Assembly (NCBI GenBank): GCA_009914755.4
Contig: CP086569.2
Location: forward strand, 12,544,001-12,608,000
DNA length: 64,000 bases
Reading direction: 5' to 3'
From: the human T2T-CHM13v2.0 reference genome, Homo sapiens
A program made the position numbers and the translations under genes. A model generated the notes under the pieces. It was not told where the DNA came from. It made no database searches and worked only from the letters and a program-made list of their open reading frames with translations. This document shows positions 14,610 through 29,900 of the stretch, piece after piece. How positions within the stretch are numbered: the first letter of the stretch is position 1; each line of letters begins with the position of its first letter.

Positions 14610-17600
14610 TGGAATGGAATCCAATGGAAAATAATCAAATGGAATGGAAAGTTATACAGTGGAATGGAATAGAATGGAATGCAATGGAATGGAACCGAGC
14701 GAAATCCAGTGGAATGGAATTGAATATAATGGAATCAAATGGAATGGAATCGAATCAAATAGACTGGAATGGAATGCACTCGGAAGAATGGATGGGAAAA
14801 AAATGGAATCGAATGGAATGGACTCGACTGTAACGGAATGGAATGGCATTGAATGGACTCGAATGTAATGAAGTTGAATGGAATGGAATTGAAAAGAATG
14901 AAATCAAACTGAAAGGAATTGAATGGAATAAAAAAGAATAGAATGGAATGGAGAGTAATGGAAATATAACAAATGGAATGGACTGGAATGGAATGGACTC
15001 GAATGGAATGCACTGTAATGGAATGGACTCAAATGGTATCAGGCTGAGTGAAATGAACTCGAATGGAATGGAAACGATTGTAATGGAATGGAGTGGAATG
15101 GAATGGAAAGGAATAGAAAGGAACGGAATCGGATAGAATGGCATGAAATGGTATAGTGTTGAATGGAATAGAATCAAAAGGAATGGCATCAATTGGAATG
15201 GAATGGAAAGGAATGGACTCGAATGGAATGGACACTAAAGGAATAGTATCAAACAGAATGGCATTCAATGGAATGGAAAGCAACAGAATGGAATGGAATG
15301 GAATGGAATGGAATGGAATGGAATGGAATGGAATGGAATAGAATGGAATGGACACAAAAGTAATGGAATCAAATGAAATGGACTCAAATAGAATAGACTC
15401 GAAAGGAATGGTCTCAAAGGGAATTTCTTCGTATAGAATGGAATCAAAAGGAATGCAATAGTATGGAATAGAATGGAATGGAATGGAATCGAATGGAATG
15501 GAACAGAATGGAATGGACTGGGATAGAACAGACTCGAATATAATGGATAGCAAGGTAATTGTTTCGAGTGCCTTGGAATCAAATGCTATGTAATCAATTA
15601 GAAAGGAAAGGAATGCAATTGAGTGGAATATAAGGGAATAAAATAGAATGGAATGAAACGGAGTGGAATCGAGTGGAATGGAATTGAATGGAATGGAATC
15701 AAATGAAATATATTCGAATGGAATGGACTCGAACGGAAAAGATCAGAGCAAAATGGAATCGAACGGATTAATATCGAATGGAATGGAATTGAATGGAATG
15801 CAATCAAATGGAATGGAGTCGAATGGAATGGAATAGAACGGAATGAAATGGAATAGAATCGAAAGGAATATAATGGAATGGATTGTAATGGAAAGATATC
15901 AAATGGAATGGAATGGACCAAAACCGAATGGAATGGAATGGAATGGACTTGCATTGAATGGACTGGAGTGTAATGGACTCGTTTGGAAGGGAAAAGAATG
16001 GAATGGAAAGACATGGAATGTAAAGGAATAGAATGGAATGGGATTGGATGGAAGTTAATGGAATGGAATGGAGTCGAATGGAATAGAATCAAAAGCAATG
16101 GCATTGAATGGAATGGAAGGGAAAGGACTCGAATAGAATGAAATCAAATGGAAAAAAATCGAATGGAATAAAATCGAATGGAATAGAATGGAATGGAATG
16201 GACTCGAATGGAATGGAAAGTAATGGAATGGAATGAAATGGAATTGAAAGGAATAGAATGGAATGAAATTGGATGGAATGGAATGGAATGGAATCGAATG
16301 AAATGGCATCGAATGGAATGGAATGGAATGGAATGGAATGGAATGGAATGGAATGGACTCGAATGGAGTAGAATAGAATGGAATGGCTTTGAAATGAATG
16401 GAATGGAATGCAATGGAATGGAAGGAAATGGAACCAAATGTAATGGACTCAAATGGAAAGGACTCAAATATAATGGACTCGAAAGGCATAGTCTCGAATG
16501 GAATTTACTCTAGTAGAATGGAATGAAATGTAAAGCAATCGTATGTAATGGAATCGAACGGAATGGAGTAGAATGCAATGGATGAGAATGGAAAGGACTG
16601 GAATAGAATGGAGGCGAATGTAATGGATTGCAATGTAATTCACTTCAATATAATGGAATCGAATGTAATCAAAGGTAATCAAATGGAATGCAATTGAATG
16701 GAATAGAGTGGAATGCAATATAATGGAATAAAGTGGATTCGAATGGACTGGAATCGAATGGAATGGAATCGAATGGAATGGAATCAAATGGATTGGACTG
16801 GAATCTAATGGACTCGAATGTAATAGCCTGGAACAAAATTGAATCGAACGGATTGGAAACGATCGGAACAGAACGGATTGGAATGGAAAAGAATGGACTC
16901 GAATGGAATGGAGTCCAGATCAATGGAACCGAATGGAATGGAATTGGATGGAATCAAAACGAATAGAATGGAATGGAGTGTCTTGGAAAGATAACGAATA
17001 GAATGGAATGGAATGGAATGGACTAGAATGGAATGTACTGGAATGGAGTCGATTCAAATGGCATGGATTGTAGTGGAATGGAGTCGAACGGAACGGAAAC
17101 TAAATGAATGGCATGGAAAGGAATAGAATGGAATAGAATCAGATGGAACGGATTGGAATGGAATGGAGTCGAACGGTATAGAATCGAATGGAATGGCATC
17201 AAATCGAAAGGAATTGAATGGACTCGACTGGAATAGAATAGAATGGAATGGCAACGGATGGAAAGGAATGAAATGGAATTTAGTGGAATGGAACGGAATG
17301 GAAACAAATCTAATTGACTCAAAAGAATGGACTCAAATAGAATGCAATCGAAAGAAATGGTCTCGAATGGAATTTATTCGAATAGAATGGAATCGAATGG
17401 AATGCAATACTATGGAATCGAATAAAATGGAATGGAATCGAATGGAATGGACCGGAATTGCTTGGAGTGGAATAAAGCAGACTCGAATGTAATCAATTGC
17501 AATATAATTGATTTGAAAGGAAAGGAATCGAATGGAATATAATTAAATTGAATGCAATAGAATGCAATGAATGGAATAGAATGGAAAGCAATTGAATGGA

Positions 17601-18695
17601 ATGTAGTGGAATCGAGGGCAATGAAATCAAATGAAAGGGAATCGAACGGAATGGAATCAAATGGAGTGGACAGGAATGGAATGGACTCGAATGGAATTGA
17701 CTGGAACAAAATGGAATTCATCAGATTGGAATCGAATGGAACGGAGTGGAACAGAATGGAATGGACTCGATTTCAATGAATTAGAATGGAATGGACCCGA
17801 ATGGAATTGAATCAAATGGAATTGAATTGAATGGATTTGAAACGAATAGAATAGAATGAACTTTAATGAAAAGATATCAAATCGAAAGTAATGGAATGGA
17901 ATGGACTCATTTAGAATGGACTGGAAAGGAATGTACATGAGTGGAATGGACTCGAATGGAATGGAAAGGAATGGAATAGAAAGGAATAGAATGGAAAGGA
18001 ATCGGATGGAACTTAAAGGAATGGAAAGGAGTCGAATGCAATAGAATCGAATGGAATGGCATCGAATGGAATGGAATTGAATGGAGAACACTCGAATGGA
18101 TTGGACTCGAATGGAATAGAATCGAATAGAATGGCTCGAATGGAATAGAATGGAATGGAATGGAATGGACTCGAATTGAATGGAAGCGAATGGAATGGAA
18201 TGAAATACAATGGAAAGGAATAGAATGGAATGTAATCGGATGGAACGGAATGGAATGGAATGGAGTCGAATGGAATAGAATCAGATGGAATGGAATGGAA
18301 TGGAGTCCAATGGAATAGAGTTAAATGGTATGGCATTGAATGGAATAGAATAGAATGGAATGGCATTGAAAGGATTGGAATGGAATGGAATGGAATGGAA
18401 TGGAATAGAATGACACAAATGTAATGGATTCGACTGGAACAGACTGAAATAGAATGGACTCGAAAGGTATGGATTCGAATGGAATTTAATCGAATAGAAT
18501 GGAAACGAAAGGAAAGCAACAGTATGGAATGGTATCAAATGGAATGGACTGGAATGGAATGGACTGGAATAGAACAGACTCGAACTTATTGGATTGCAAT
18601 TTAATTGATCTGAAAGGAATTGAATCGAATGGAATGTAACCAAACGGAATGCAATGAAATGCAATTGAATGGAATAGAATGGAATTCAATGGAAT

Positions 18696-18723
18696 GGAAC
18701 GGAGTGGAATCGAGTGGAATGGA
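18696..18723 (+). repeat. Landmark D example (GGAACGGAGTGGAATCGAGTGGAATGG), which recurs 50-100 bp downstream of block A in most repeat copies
   Basis: ggaacggagtggaatcgagtggaatgg. Near-identical copies at ~12641, 15661, 22321, 43821, 45711, 52011, 57921, 60861 and 63961. Confidence 0.6.
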
Positions 18724-20218
18724 ATCAAATGAAATGGAATCGAATGGAATGGAATCAAATGGAATGGACTGGAATGGAACAGACTCGAATGTAACGGACT
18801 GGATAAAATGGAATCGAACAGATTGGAATCGTATAGAACTGAATTAAATGGAATGGAATAGAATGGACTTGAGCGCAATTGAGTCGAATGGAATGGAACT
18901 GAATGGAATGTAATTGAATGGAATCCAAAGGAATAGAATAGAATGGAATGTCATGGAAAGATATCAAATGGAATGGAATGGACCCGAATGGAAAGGACTG
19001 TAATGGAGTGGACTCGAATGGAATGGACTAGAGTGGAAAGGACTCGAATGAAATGGACTAGAGTGGAAAGGACTCGAATGGAATGGAAACGAATGGAATG
19101 GAATGGAAAGGAGTAGAATGGAATGGAATCAGATGGAACGGAATTGAATGGAATAAAGTCGAATGGAATAGTATCGAATGGAAAGAAATCGAATGGAATG
19201 GAATAGAAAGAAACGGAATGAAATGGACTCGAGTGAAAAGGACTTTAATGGAACAGAGTCAAATGGATTGCCATCGAATGGAATGAAAGGAATGGAATGG
19301 AACGGAATGGAAGGAACCAAAACGTAAAGGAATCGAATGAAACGGACTCAAACAGAATGGACTCAAAAGGAATGGTCTAAAATAGAATTTATTCGAACAG
19401 AATGGAATGGAAAAGAGTGCAATAGTATGGAATGGAATCAAATGGAATGGAATCGAACAGAATCGACCGGAATGGAATAGACTGGAATAGAAAGCACAGG
19501 AATGTAATGGATTGAAATGTAATTGATGTGAACTCCTTGGAATTGAATGGAATGTAATCAAATGGAACGGAATGTAATGCAATGGAATGAAATAGAATGG
19601 AATGCCATGGAATAGAACGGAGTGGAATCGAGTTGAATGGAAATGAATGGATTCGAAACAAATGGAATGGAATAGAATGGAATGAACTGGCATGGAATTG
19701 ACTCGAAAGGAAAGGACAGGAAAAAAATGGTATCGAACGGATTAGAATTGAACGGAAAGGAATGGAATGGAATGGAATGGAATGGAATGGAATGGAATGG
19801 AATGGATTCGAATGGAATGGAGTCAAATGGAATGCAATCGAATGGAAATGAATCGTACAGAATGGAATTGAATGGAATCAAAAGGAATAGAATGAAATGG
19901 AGTGTAACAGAAAGATATCGAATGGAATGGAATGGAATGGAATGGATTTAAATGGAGAGGCCTGGAATGGAATGTACTCGAATGGATTGGACTGGAATGC
20001 AATAGACTAGAACGGAATGCTCTGGAGTGCAATGGACTCTAACGGAACAGAAAAGAATTGAATGGAATGGAATGGAAAGGAACAGAATGGAAATGATTAT
20101 AATGGGATGGAATCGAATGTAACAGAATGGAAAGTAATGGAGGTGAATGGAATAGAATCCAATGGAATCGTATTGAATGGCATGAAATGGAATGGAATTG
20201 AATTGACTCGAATGGAAT

Positions 20219-20440
20219 GGACCCAAATATAATGGACTCAAAAGGAATGGACTCAAATAGAAAGGACATGAAAGGAAAGGTCTTTAATGGAAATTTTTCG
20301 AATAGAATGGAATCGAATGGAGTGCAATAGTATGGAATGGGATCGAATGGAATAGAATCAAATGGAATGGACCAAAATGGATTGGACTGGAATGGAACGG
20401 ACGCAAATGTTATGGATTGCAATGTTATTGATTCGAATGG
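20219..20440 (+). repeat. Landmark block A copy
   Basis: acccaaatataatggactc ... ggaaatttttcgaatagaatgg ... tatggattgcaatgttattgattcgaatgg. Confidence 0.6.
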
Positions 20441-23400
20441 AATAGAATCGAATGTAAAGTAATCAGAAGAAAAAGAAAGGAATGAAATAGAATGGAAAAC
20501 AATGGATTATAATGGAGTGGAACGGAGAGGAATCGAGTGGAATAGAATGGAACGTAATGGCATCGAATGGAATGCACTGGAACGGAATGGACGCGAATGG
20601 AATGGAATGGAACAAAATGGAATCGAACTTATTGGAATCGAAAGGAATGGAATGTAACGTAAATGAAAAGAATGCACTCGAATGGAATGGAGTCCAATGG
20701 AATGAAATCGAATGGAATGGAATCAAATGGAATGGAATTGAAGGGAATCGAAAGGAATAGATAGGAATGGAGTGCAATGGAATGATATCGAATGGAATGC
20801 AATCAAGTGGAATGGCATGGAGTCGAATGGAATGGAATAGAATGTAATGGACTGGAACAAAATGGAGTCAAAAAGATTGGAATCGAATTGAAAGGAATGG
20901 AAGAAAATGGACTCGAATAGAATGGAGTCGAATGGAATGGAATTGAATGGAATCAAACGTAATAGAATGGAATGGAGTGTCATGGAAACATATCGAATTG
21001 AATGGAATGGAATCGAATCGAATCGAATGGAATGGACTGTAATGGAATGGACTGTAATGGAATGGACTGAAGTGGAATGGACTCGAATGTAATGGAAACG
21101 AACGGAATTGACTGGAAAGGAATAGTATGGAATGGAATGGCATCGGAAAGAAGGGAATTCAATGGAATTGAAAGGAATTTAATGGACGGAATTTAATGGA
21201 CCCAAATGTCATGGATTCGAATTTAAAGGACTCAAACAGAATGGACATGAAAGGAATGGTCTGAAAAGGAATTTATTCGAATACAAAGGAATCGAATGGA
21301 ATGCAACAGTATGGAATGGAATCGAATGGAATGGAATAGCATGGAATGGAATGGACCAAATTGTAATGGAATCAAATGGAATACACACAAATAGAATGGA
21401 TTCCAATGGAATGGTATCGAATGGAATTTATTCGAATACAATGGAATTGAATGGAATGCAACAGCATGGAATGGAATCAAATGGAATAGACTAGAATGGA
21501 ATGGAGTGGAATAGAATAGACTCAAATGTAATGGACTGCAACGCAATTGATTTGAATGGAATGAAATTCAATGAAATGTAATCAAATTGAATGGAAAGAT
21601 ATGCAATGGAATGGAATACAATGGAATGCAATGGAATGGAACAGAGTGGAATCGAATGGAATGGACTCGAATGGAATAAACTGGAACATAATGGAATCGG
21701 AAGGATTGGAGTTGAACAGAAGGTAATGGAATGGAATGGACTCGAATAGAATGGAGTGGAATGAAACAGACTTGAATGCAATGGACTGGAGAGGAATGGA
21801 CTCGAATGTAATTGAAAAGAATGGAATGTATTTAAATGGGATGGAAAGGAATAGAATGGAATGGAATCGGATGGAACAGAATGTAAAGGAATGGAGTAGA
21901 ATGGAGTAGAATAGAATGGAATGGCCGCCAATAGAATGGATTGGAATGGCATGGAATGGACTATAAAGGAATGGAAACAAAAGGAATAGATTGGAATGGA
22001 ATGGCATCAAATAGAATGGAATGGAATGGACCCAAATGTAATGGACTCAAATTGAATGGATTCAAATAGAAAGGACGCAAAAGGAATGGTCTCGAATGGA
22101 ATTTATTCAAATGGAATGGATTCGAATGGATTGCAATACTATGTAATGGAATCAAATGGAATTCAGTCGAATAGAATGGACCAGAAAGGAATGGACTGGA
22201 ATAGAATGGACTCGAATGTAATGGATTGCAATGTAATTGATTCAAATGGAATGGTATCGAATGCAATGTAATCAAATGGAATGGAATGCAATAGAATGGA
22301 ATGCAATAGAACGGAACGGAGTGGAATCGAGTGGAATGGAATGTAAACGAATGGAATCAAATGGAATGGACTCGAATGGAATGGACTCGATTGGAAAGGA
22401 AAGGAGCAGAATGGAATTCAAAGGATTGGATTTAAACAGAATGGAAAGTAATGGAATGGAATGGAATTGACTCCAAAAGAATAAAGTCGAATGGAATGGA
22501 ACCCAATGGAATGGAATCGAATGAAATTGACTGGAGTGGAATGGACACGAATGGAATGGAAACGAATGGAATGGAATGGAATGGAACGGAATGGAATGGA
22601 ATGGAGTGGAATAGAATGTAATGGAATGGAATTGGATGGAATGGATTGGCATTGAATGGAGTCAAATGGAATAGAATCCAATGGAATGGCATCTAATAGA
22701 ATGGAATGGAAAGGAATGGATTCAAATGGAATAGAGTCGAATGGAATGACATCTAACGGAATGAATTGGAATGCAATGGAATGGAATGGAATGGGATGGA
22801 ATGGGATGGAATGGAATGGAATGGACCAAAATTTAACGGAATCTAAAGAAATGGACTCAAATAGAATGGACTCAAAATGAATGATCTGGAATGGAATTTA
22901 TTCAAATATAATGGAATCGAATCGAATGTGATAGTATGAAATGGATTCGAATGGAATGGAATCAAACGGAATAAACCAGCATGGATTGGACTGGAAAAGA
23001 ATGGACTCGAATGTAATGGATTGCAATCTAAGGGATTCTAATGGAATGGAATTGAAAGGAATATAATCAGATGGAATGGAATGGAATGCATTGTTATGGA
23101 ATATAACGGTAGGCAATGGAATGGAACAGATTGGAATCGAGTGGAACGGAATCAAATGGAATGGAAGTGAATGGAATGGACTGGAACGGAATGGAAAAGA
23201 ATGGAATGGATTGGAACAAAATGGTATCATAAGGATTGGAATTAAACGGAATGCAATGGAATGCAATGGAATGGAATTGCATGGAATGGTATTTAAGGGA
23301 ACGGAATGGAATGGACACGATTGGAATGGAGTCGAATGGAATGGAATCAAGTGGAATGGAATCAAATTGAATGGAATTGAATGGAAATGAAAGAAATAAA

Positions 23401-26400
23401 ATGGAATGAATTGTAATGCAAAGACATCAAATGGAATGAAATGGAATAGCCTCAAATGGAATGGAGGAGAATGGAATGGAATCGAATTGAATATACTGGA
23501 CTGGAATGGACTGGAATGGAATGGAAACGAATGGAATGGAATGGTATGGAAAGGAATGGAATGAAATGGAATAGAATGGAAAGGAATAGAATCCTATGGC
23601 ATCGGATGGAACGGAATGGAATGGAATGGTATCGAATGGAATAGAATCGAATAGAATGACATCAAATGGAATGGAAAGCAATGAACTCATAGAATGGTCT
23701 CAAAAGTAATGGTCTCGCATGTAATTTACTCTAATAGAATGGAATCGAAAGGAATGCAATGGTATGAGAGGAATCGAATGGAATGGAAAGGAATGGAACT
23801 GGCTTGAATAGAACGGACTCAAAGGTAATGGATTGCAAAGCCATTGGCTCAAATAGAAAGGAATTGAATAGAATGGTATGGAATGTTATGGAATGCAGTG
23901 GACTGAAATTGAATGGAAAGAAATGGAAAGGAACAGAGAGAAATCGATTGGAATGGAATCTAATGGAATGGAATCAAACAGAATGGAATCAAATGGAATG
24001 GACTGGAATCGAATGGACTCGAATGGAATGGACACGAATGTAATGGACTGGAACGAAATGGAATTAAGCGGATAGGAATTGGAAATAACAGAATGGAATG
24101 GAATGGGATGGAATGGACTCGAACGGAATGGAGTCGATTGGAGTGGAATCGATTGGAATGGAATGGAATGGAATTGAATGGAATCGAAAGTAATATAATG
24201 GAATAGAATCTAATTTAAAAAATGGAATGGAATGGACTCATAGGCAATGTACTGGAATAGAATGAACTAGAATGGAATGGAGTGGAGTGGAAAAGACTAG
24301 AATGGAATGGTAACAAATGGCATGGAATGGATCGGAAGGGAATGGAATGGAAAGGAAAAGAATGGAATGGAATCGGAAGGAACGGAATGGAATGGAATGG
24401 ATTCTAATTGAATGGAATGGATTCGAATGGAATAGAATCAAGTGGAATGGCATCGAATGGAATGGAATGGAATGCACTCGAATGCAATGGGTTCGAATGG
24501 AATAGAATCCAATGGAACGGCATTGAATGGAATGGAATGGAATGAAATGGACAGAAATTTAATGGACACGAATGGCTTGGATTCAAATAGAATGGACTCG
24601 AAAGGAATGGTCTCGAATGGAATTTATTCAAATCAACTGGAAATGAAGGGAATGCAATAGTATGTAACGAAATCGAATGGAAAGGGATCAAATGGAATTG
24701 ACCGGAATGGAATGGACTGGAGTAGAACGGACTGGAATGTAATGGATTGCAATGTAATTGCTACGAATTGAATGGCATTGAAGGGAATGTTTTCAAATGG
24801 AAAGGAATGGAATGCAAGTGAATGGAATTGAATGGAATGAAATGGTATGGAATATAGGAATATAATGCAGTGCAATGGAATGTAATAAAATGGAATAAAA
24901 TGGAATGGAACAGAGTGGTATCGATTGGAATGGAATCAAAAGGAATTAAAATCAATGGAATGGACTGGATTTGAATGGACTGGAACAGAATGGACTCGAA
25001 TGGAATGCACTGAAACAAAATGGAAACCAACGTATTGGAATCGAATGGAATGGAATAGAATGGAATCAATGGACTCAAATGGAATTTAGTCGAATGCAAT
25101 GGAAAACAATGGAAGGGAATTGAATGGATTCCAAAGGATTAGAATGGAATGGAGTTGTAATGGAAGACTTCGAATGGAATAGAATGGAATGGAAAGGACT
25201 CGAATGGAATGGACTGGAATGGAAGGCACTCGAATGGAATGGACTGGAGTGGAATGGACTCGAATGGAATGGAAACTAGTAGAATGGAAAGGAAACGAAT
25301 GGAATGGAATAGAAATAAGAGAATTAAATGGAATCGGATGGAACATAATGGAATGGAATGGAGTCGAATGTAATTGAACCAAAAGGAATGGCATCGAATT
25401 GAATGGAATAGAAGGGAATGGAATGGACTCGAATGAAATGGACTCTAATGGAATAGAATCGAATGGAATGGAATTAAATGGAATGGAATGGATTGGAATG
25501 GAATGGACCCAAATGTAGTGGACCGAATGGAATGGACTCCAATAGAATGGACTCGAAATGAATGGTTTTGAATGGAATTTATTCGAATAGAATTTAATCG
25601 GATGGAATGTAATTGTATGGAATGGAATCAAATGGAATGGAATCAATCGGAATGCACTGGAATGCAATGGACTGGAAAAGAATGGACTCGAATGTAATGG
25701 ATTGCAATGTAATTGATGTGAATGGAATGAAACGGAATGGAATGGAATGAAATGGAATGGAATGGAATGGAATAGAATGGAATGGAATGGAATGGATTAG
25801 AATGGAATGCAATGCAATGAAATTGAATAGAATGGAATGCAACGGAATGGAATGGAGTGGTATCCAATGGAATGGAATTGAATGAAATGGAATAGAATTG
25901 AATAGAATCAAATGTAATGGATGGAATGGAATGGATTCGAATGTAATGGCCTGGAAAAAAATGGAATCAAACGGATTGGAAACCACCGGAATAGAGTGGA
26001 ATGTAATGGAAGAGAACGGACTCGAATGGAATGGATTCTAAAGGAATGGAAAGGAATAGAATAAAATTCAAAGGAATTGAAAGGAATAGAATGGAATGGA
26101 GTGTCATGGAATGATATCGATTGGAAGGGAATGTAATGGAATGGACTCGAATGGATTGGAATTTAATGGAGGGGACTAGAATGGAAAGGACTGGAGTGGA
26201 ATGGGCTGGAATGGAATGGACTTGAATGGAATACAAAGGAATGGAATGGAATGGAATGGAATGGAATAGAATGGAATGCATTGAAATGTAGACGAAAGGA
26301 ATAGATTCAAATATAATGGCATCAAGTGGAATGGAATGGAATGGAATAGAAAGGTATGGTATGAAATGTACTCTAATGGAATGGACTCGAATGGTATAAA

Positions 26401-26773
26401 ATGGAATGGAATGCTACCGAATGAAACGGAAAGAACTGGAATGGAAAGGAAAAGAATAGAATGAAATGGAATCGGATGAAATGTAATAGAATGGAATGGA
26501 ATGTAGTCAAATGGAAGAGAATCGCATGGAATGTCATCGAATGGAATGGAGTGCACTGGAATAGAATGGACTGGAACGGAATGGACTCTAATGGAATAGA
26601 ATGGAATGGAATGGAATGGAATGTAGTGGAAAGCACTCGATTGGAATTGAGTCAAAAAGGTTGGAATCAAATGGAATGGAGTCGGATGGTATTGAATGGA
26701 ATGGAATGACATATGATGCAATGCAGTGTAATGAAATGGAATGCAATGGAATGGAATGGAATGGAAATGAATA

Positions 26774-26978
26774 GACCAAAATGTAATGGACTCGAAAGGA
26801 ATGGACTCAAAGAGAATGGACCTGAAAAGAATGATATCAAATTGAATTTGTTCGAATAGAATCGAATCGAATGGAATGCAATAGCATGGAATGGAATCGA
26901 ATGGAATAGAATGGAATGGAGTGGACTGGAATAGAACAGACTCGAATATAATGGATTGCAATGTAACTGTTTCGAATG
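26774..26978 (+). repeat. Landmark block A copy
   Basis: gaccaaaatgtaatggactcgaaagg ... gaatttgttcgaatagaatcg ... taatggattgcaatgtaactgtttcgaatg. Confidence 0.6.
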
Positions 26979-29900
26979 AAAAGGAAGCAAAAGGAATGTA
27001 ATCAAAAGGGATGGAATGGAATACTATGGAATGGAGGAGAATGGAATTCAAAGGAAAGGAATGGAGTAGAATAGAGTGGAATGGAATCGACAGAAATGGA
27101 ATGGAATGGAATGGAATCGAATGGAATGGACTACGGTAGAATGAACCCGAATGCATTGGTCTGAAACAAAATGGTATCGAACGGATTGGAATTGATTGGA
27201 ACAGAATGGAATGGAATAGAATGCAATGGAAAGGAATAGAATGAAATGGAAACGGGTGGAATGGAATGGAATTGAATAGAGTTCAGTGGAATAGAATTGA
27301 ATGGAATGTCATAGAAAGGAATGGAATGGAATGGAAGGTAATGTTATGGACTCAAAAGGAATTGATTCGAATGGAATAGAATGGCAAGGAATAGTATTGA
27401 ATTGAATGGAATGGAATGGACCCAAATGTAATTGATTCGAATGAAATAGACTCAAATAGAATGGACTCAAAAGAATGGTCACACTTGGAATATATTCAAA
27501 TGGAATGGAATTGAATGGACAGCAATAGTATGGAATTGAATCGAATGGAATGGAATCAAATGGAATAGACCGGAATAGAATGGACACGAATATTATGGAT
27601 TGCAATTTAATTGATTTGATTGAAATGGATTCAAATGGAATGGAATGGTATGCAATATTATGGAATAGAATGGAAGGTAATAACATGGAATGGAGTGGAA
27701 TTGAGTGGAATGGAATCTAGTGGAATGGAATCGAATGGAATATAATCAAATGGAATGAACCGGAATGAAACGGACACGAATGGACTGGATTGGAAAAAAA
27801 ATGGATTCGAACACACTGGATTCGAATGGAACGGAATAGAATGGAATGGAATGGTATGGAATCGAATGGAGTGGAGTCAAATGGAATGTAACCGAATAGA
27901 ATGGATTCGAAAAAATAGAATTCAATGGATTCGAAAGGAATAGAATGGAATGGAGTGCAATGGAAAAATATCGAATTTAATGGAATGGAATGGAAGGGAA
28001 TCAAAAGGAATGGAGTCCAATGGAATGGAGTCAAATGGAATGGAATCGAATGTAATGAAAATGAATAGAATCGAAAGGAATAGAATGGAATGGGGTGTGA
28101 AGGAATGATATCGAATGTAAAGGAATGGAATGGGATGGACTCGAATGGAATGGGTTGCAATATAATGGACTTGAATGGAATGGAAAAGAATGGAATGGAA
28201 ATGAATACAAAGGGATGGAATCGGATGGACCAGAATGGAATGGAATGGAGTCGAATGGAATAGAATTGAATTGAAGTTCTTTGAATTGAATAGAGTGAAA
28301 TGGAATGGAAAGTACTTGAAAGGAAAGGACTTCAATGGAACAGAATCGAATGGAATGGCATCGAATGGAAAGGAATGGAATGGAATGGAAACAAATGTAA
28401 AGGACTCGAATGCAATGGACTCAAATAGAATGGACTCGAAAGAAATGCAATCTAATGTTATTTATTCAAAAAGAATGGAATCCAATGGAATGCAATAGAA
28501 TGGAATGGAATCAAATGGAATGGACTGGAATGAAATGGACTGGAATAGAATGCACTCGAATGAAATGGATTGCAATGAAATGGATTTGAATGGAATGTAA
28601 TCGAAAGGAATAAAAAAATGGAATGGAAACGAAATCAGTGGAATGGTATAAAAAGTAATCCAATGGAAAGGAACGGATTGGAATCGCATGGAATGGAATC
28701 GAATGGAAAGGGATCAAAAGGAATGGAATCAAATGGAATGGACTCTAATGGAAGGGACTCGAATGGAATGGAGTGGAACAAAATGGAATCGATTGGATAG
28801 GAATCAAACGGAACAAAATGGAATGGAATGAAATGGACTCGAATGGAATGGAGTCGAATGGAATGGAATCAAATGGAATGGAATTGAATGGAATTGAAAG
28901 GAATAGAATGGAATGGAGTGTAATGGAAAGATTTCAAATGTAATGTAATGGAATTGAATGGACTCGAGAAGAATGGACTGGAATGGAATGGAAAGAGTAG
29001 AATGGAATGGAATCGGATGGAAAGGAATGGAATGGAATGAAGTCGAATGGAATAGAATCAAATATATTGGCATCGAATGGAATGGAATGGAATGGAATGG
29101 AATGGAATGGAATCGAATTGAAAGGAATGGACTTGAATGACAGAATCTAATGGAATGGTATCGAATGGAATTGATTGGAATGGAATGTAATCGAAAGCAA
29201 TGGTATGGAATTTACCCAAAATTTATGGACTCGAATGGAAAAGACTCAAATAGAATGTACTCGAAATGAATGGTCTCCAATGGAATTTATTCGAAAAGAA
29301 TGGAATATAATAGACTGCAATAGATTGGAATGGAATTAAATAGAATGGACCGGAATGGAATGGGCTGAAATAGAATTTACATGAATGTAATGGATTACAA
29401 CGCAATTGATTTGAATGGAATGAAATCGAGTGCAATGTAATCAAAAGGAATTGAATGATATGCAATGGAATACATAACAATGGAATGCAATGGAATGGAA
29501 CGAAGTGGAATAGACTGGAATGGAATCGAATCAAATGGAATCGAATGGAATGGAAACGCAGGGAATGGACTTGTTTGGAATGGACTCGAATGGAATGGAC
29601 TGGAACAAAATGGAACCGAACGGATTGGAGTCTAATGGAACGGAGTGGAATGGAATGGAATGGGAAGGAATGGACTCCAATGGAATGGAGTCGACTGGAA
29701 TGGAATCGAATGGAATGGAAAGGAATGGATTAAAATTTAATGGAATCGAAAGGAATACAATGGAATGGAGTGTAATGGAAAGATATCACATGGAACGGAA
29801 TGGAATGGAATGGACTACAATGCAATGGACTGGAATGGAATGGTCTCGAAAGGAAATGAAACGAGTGGAATGGAATGGAAAGGATTAGAATGGAATGTAA

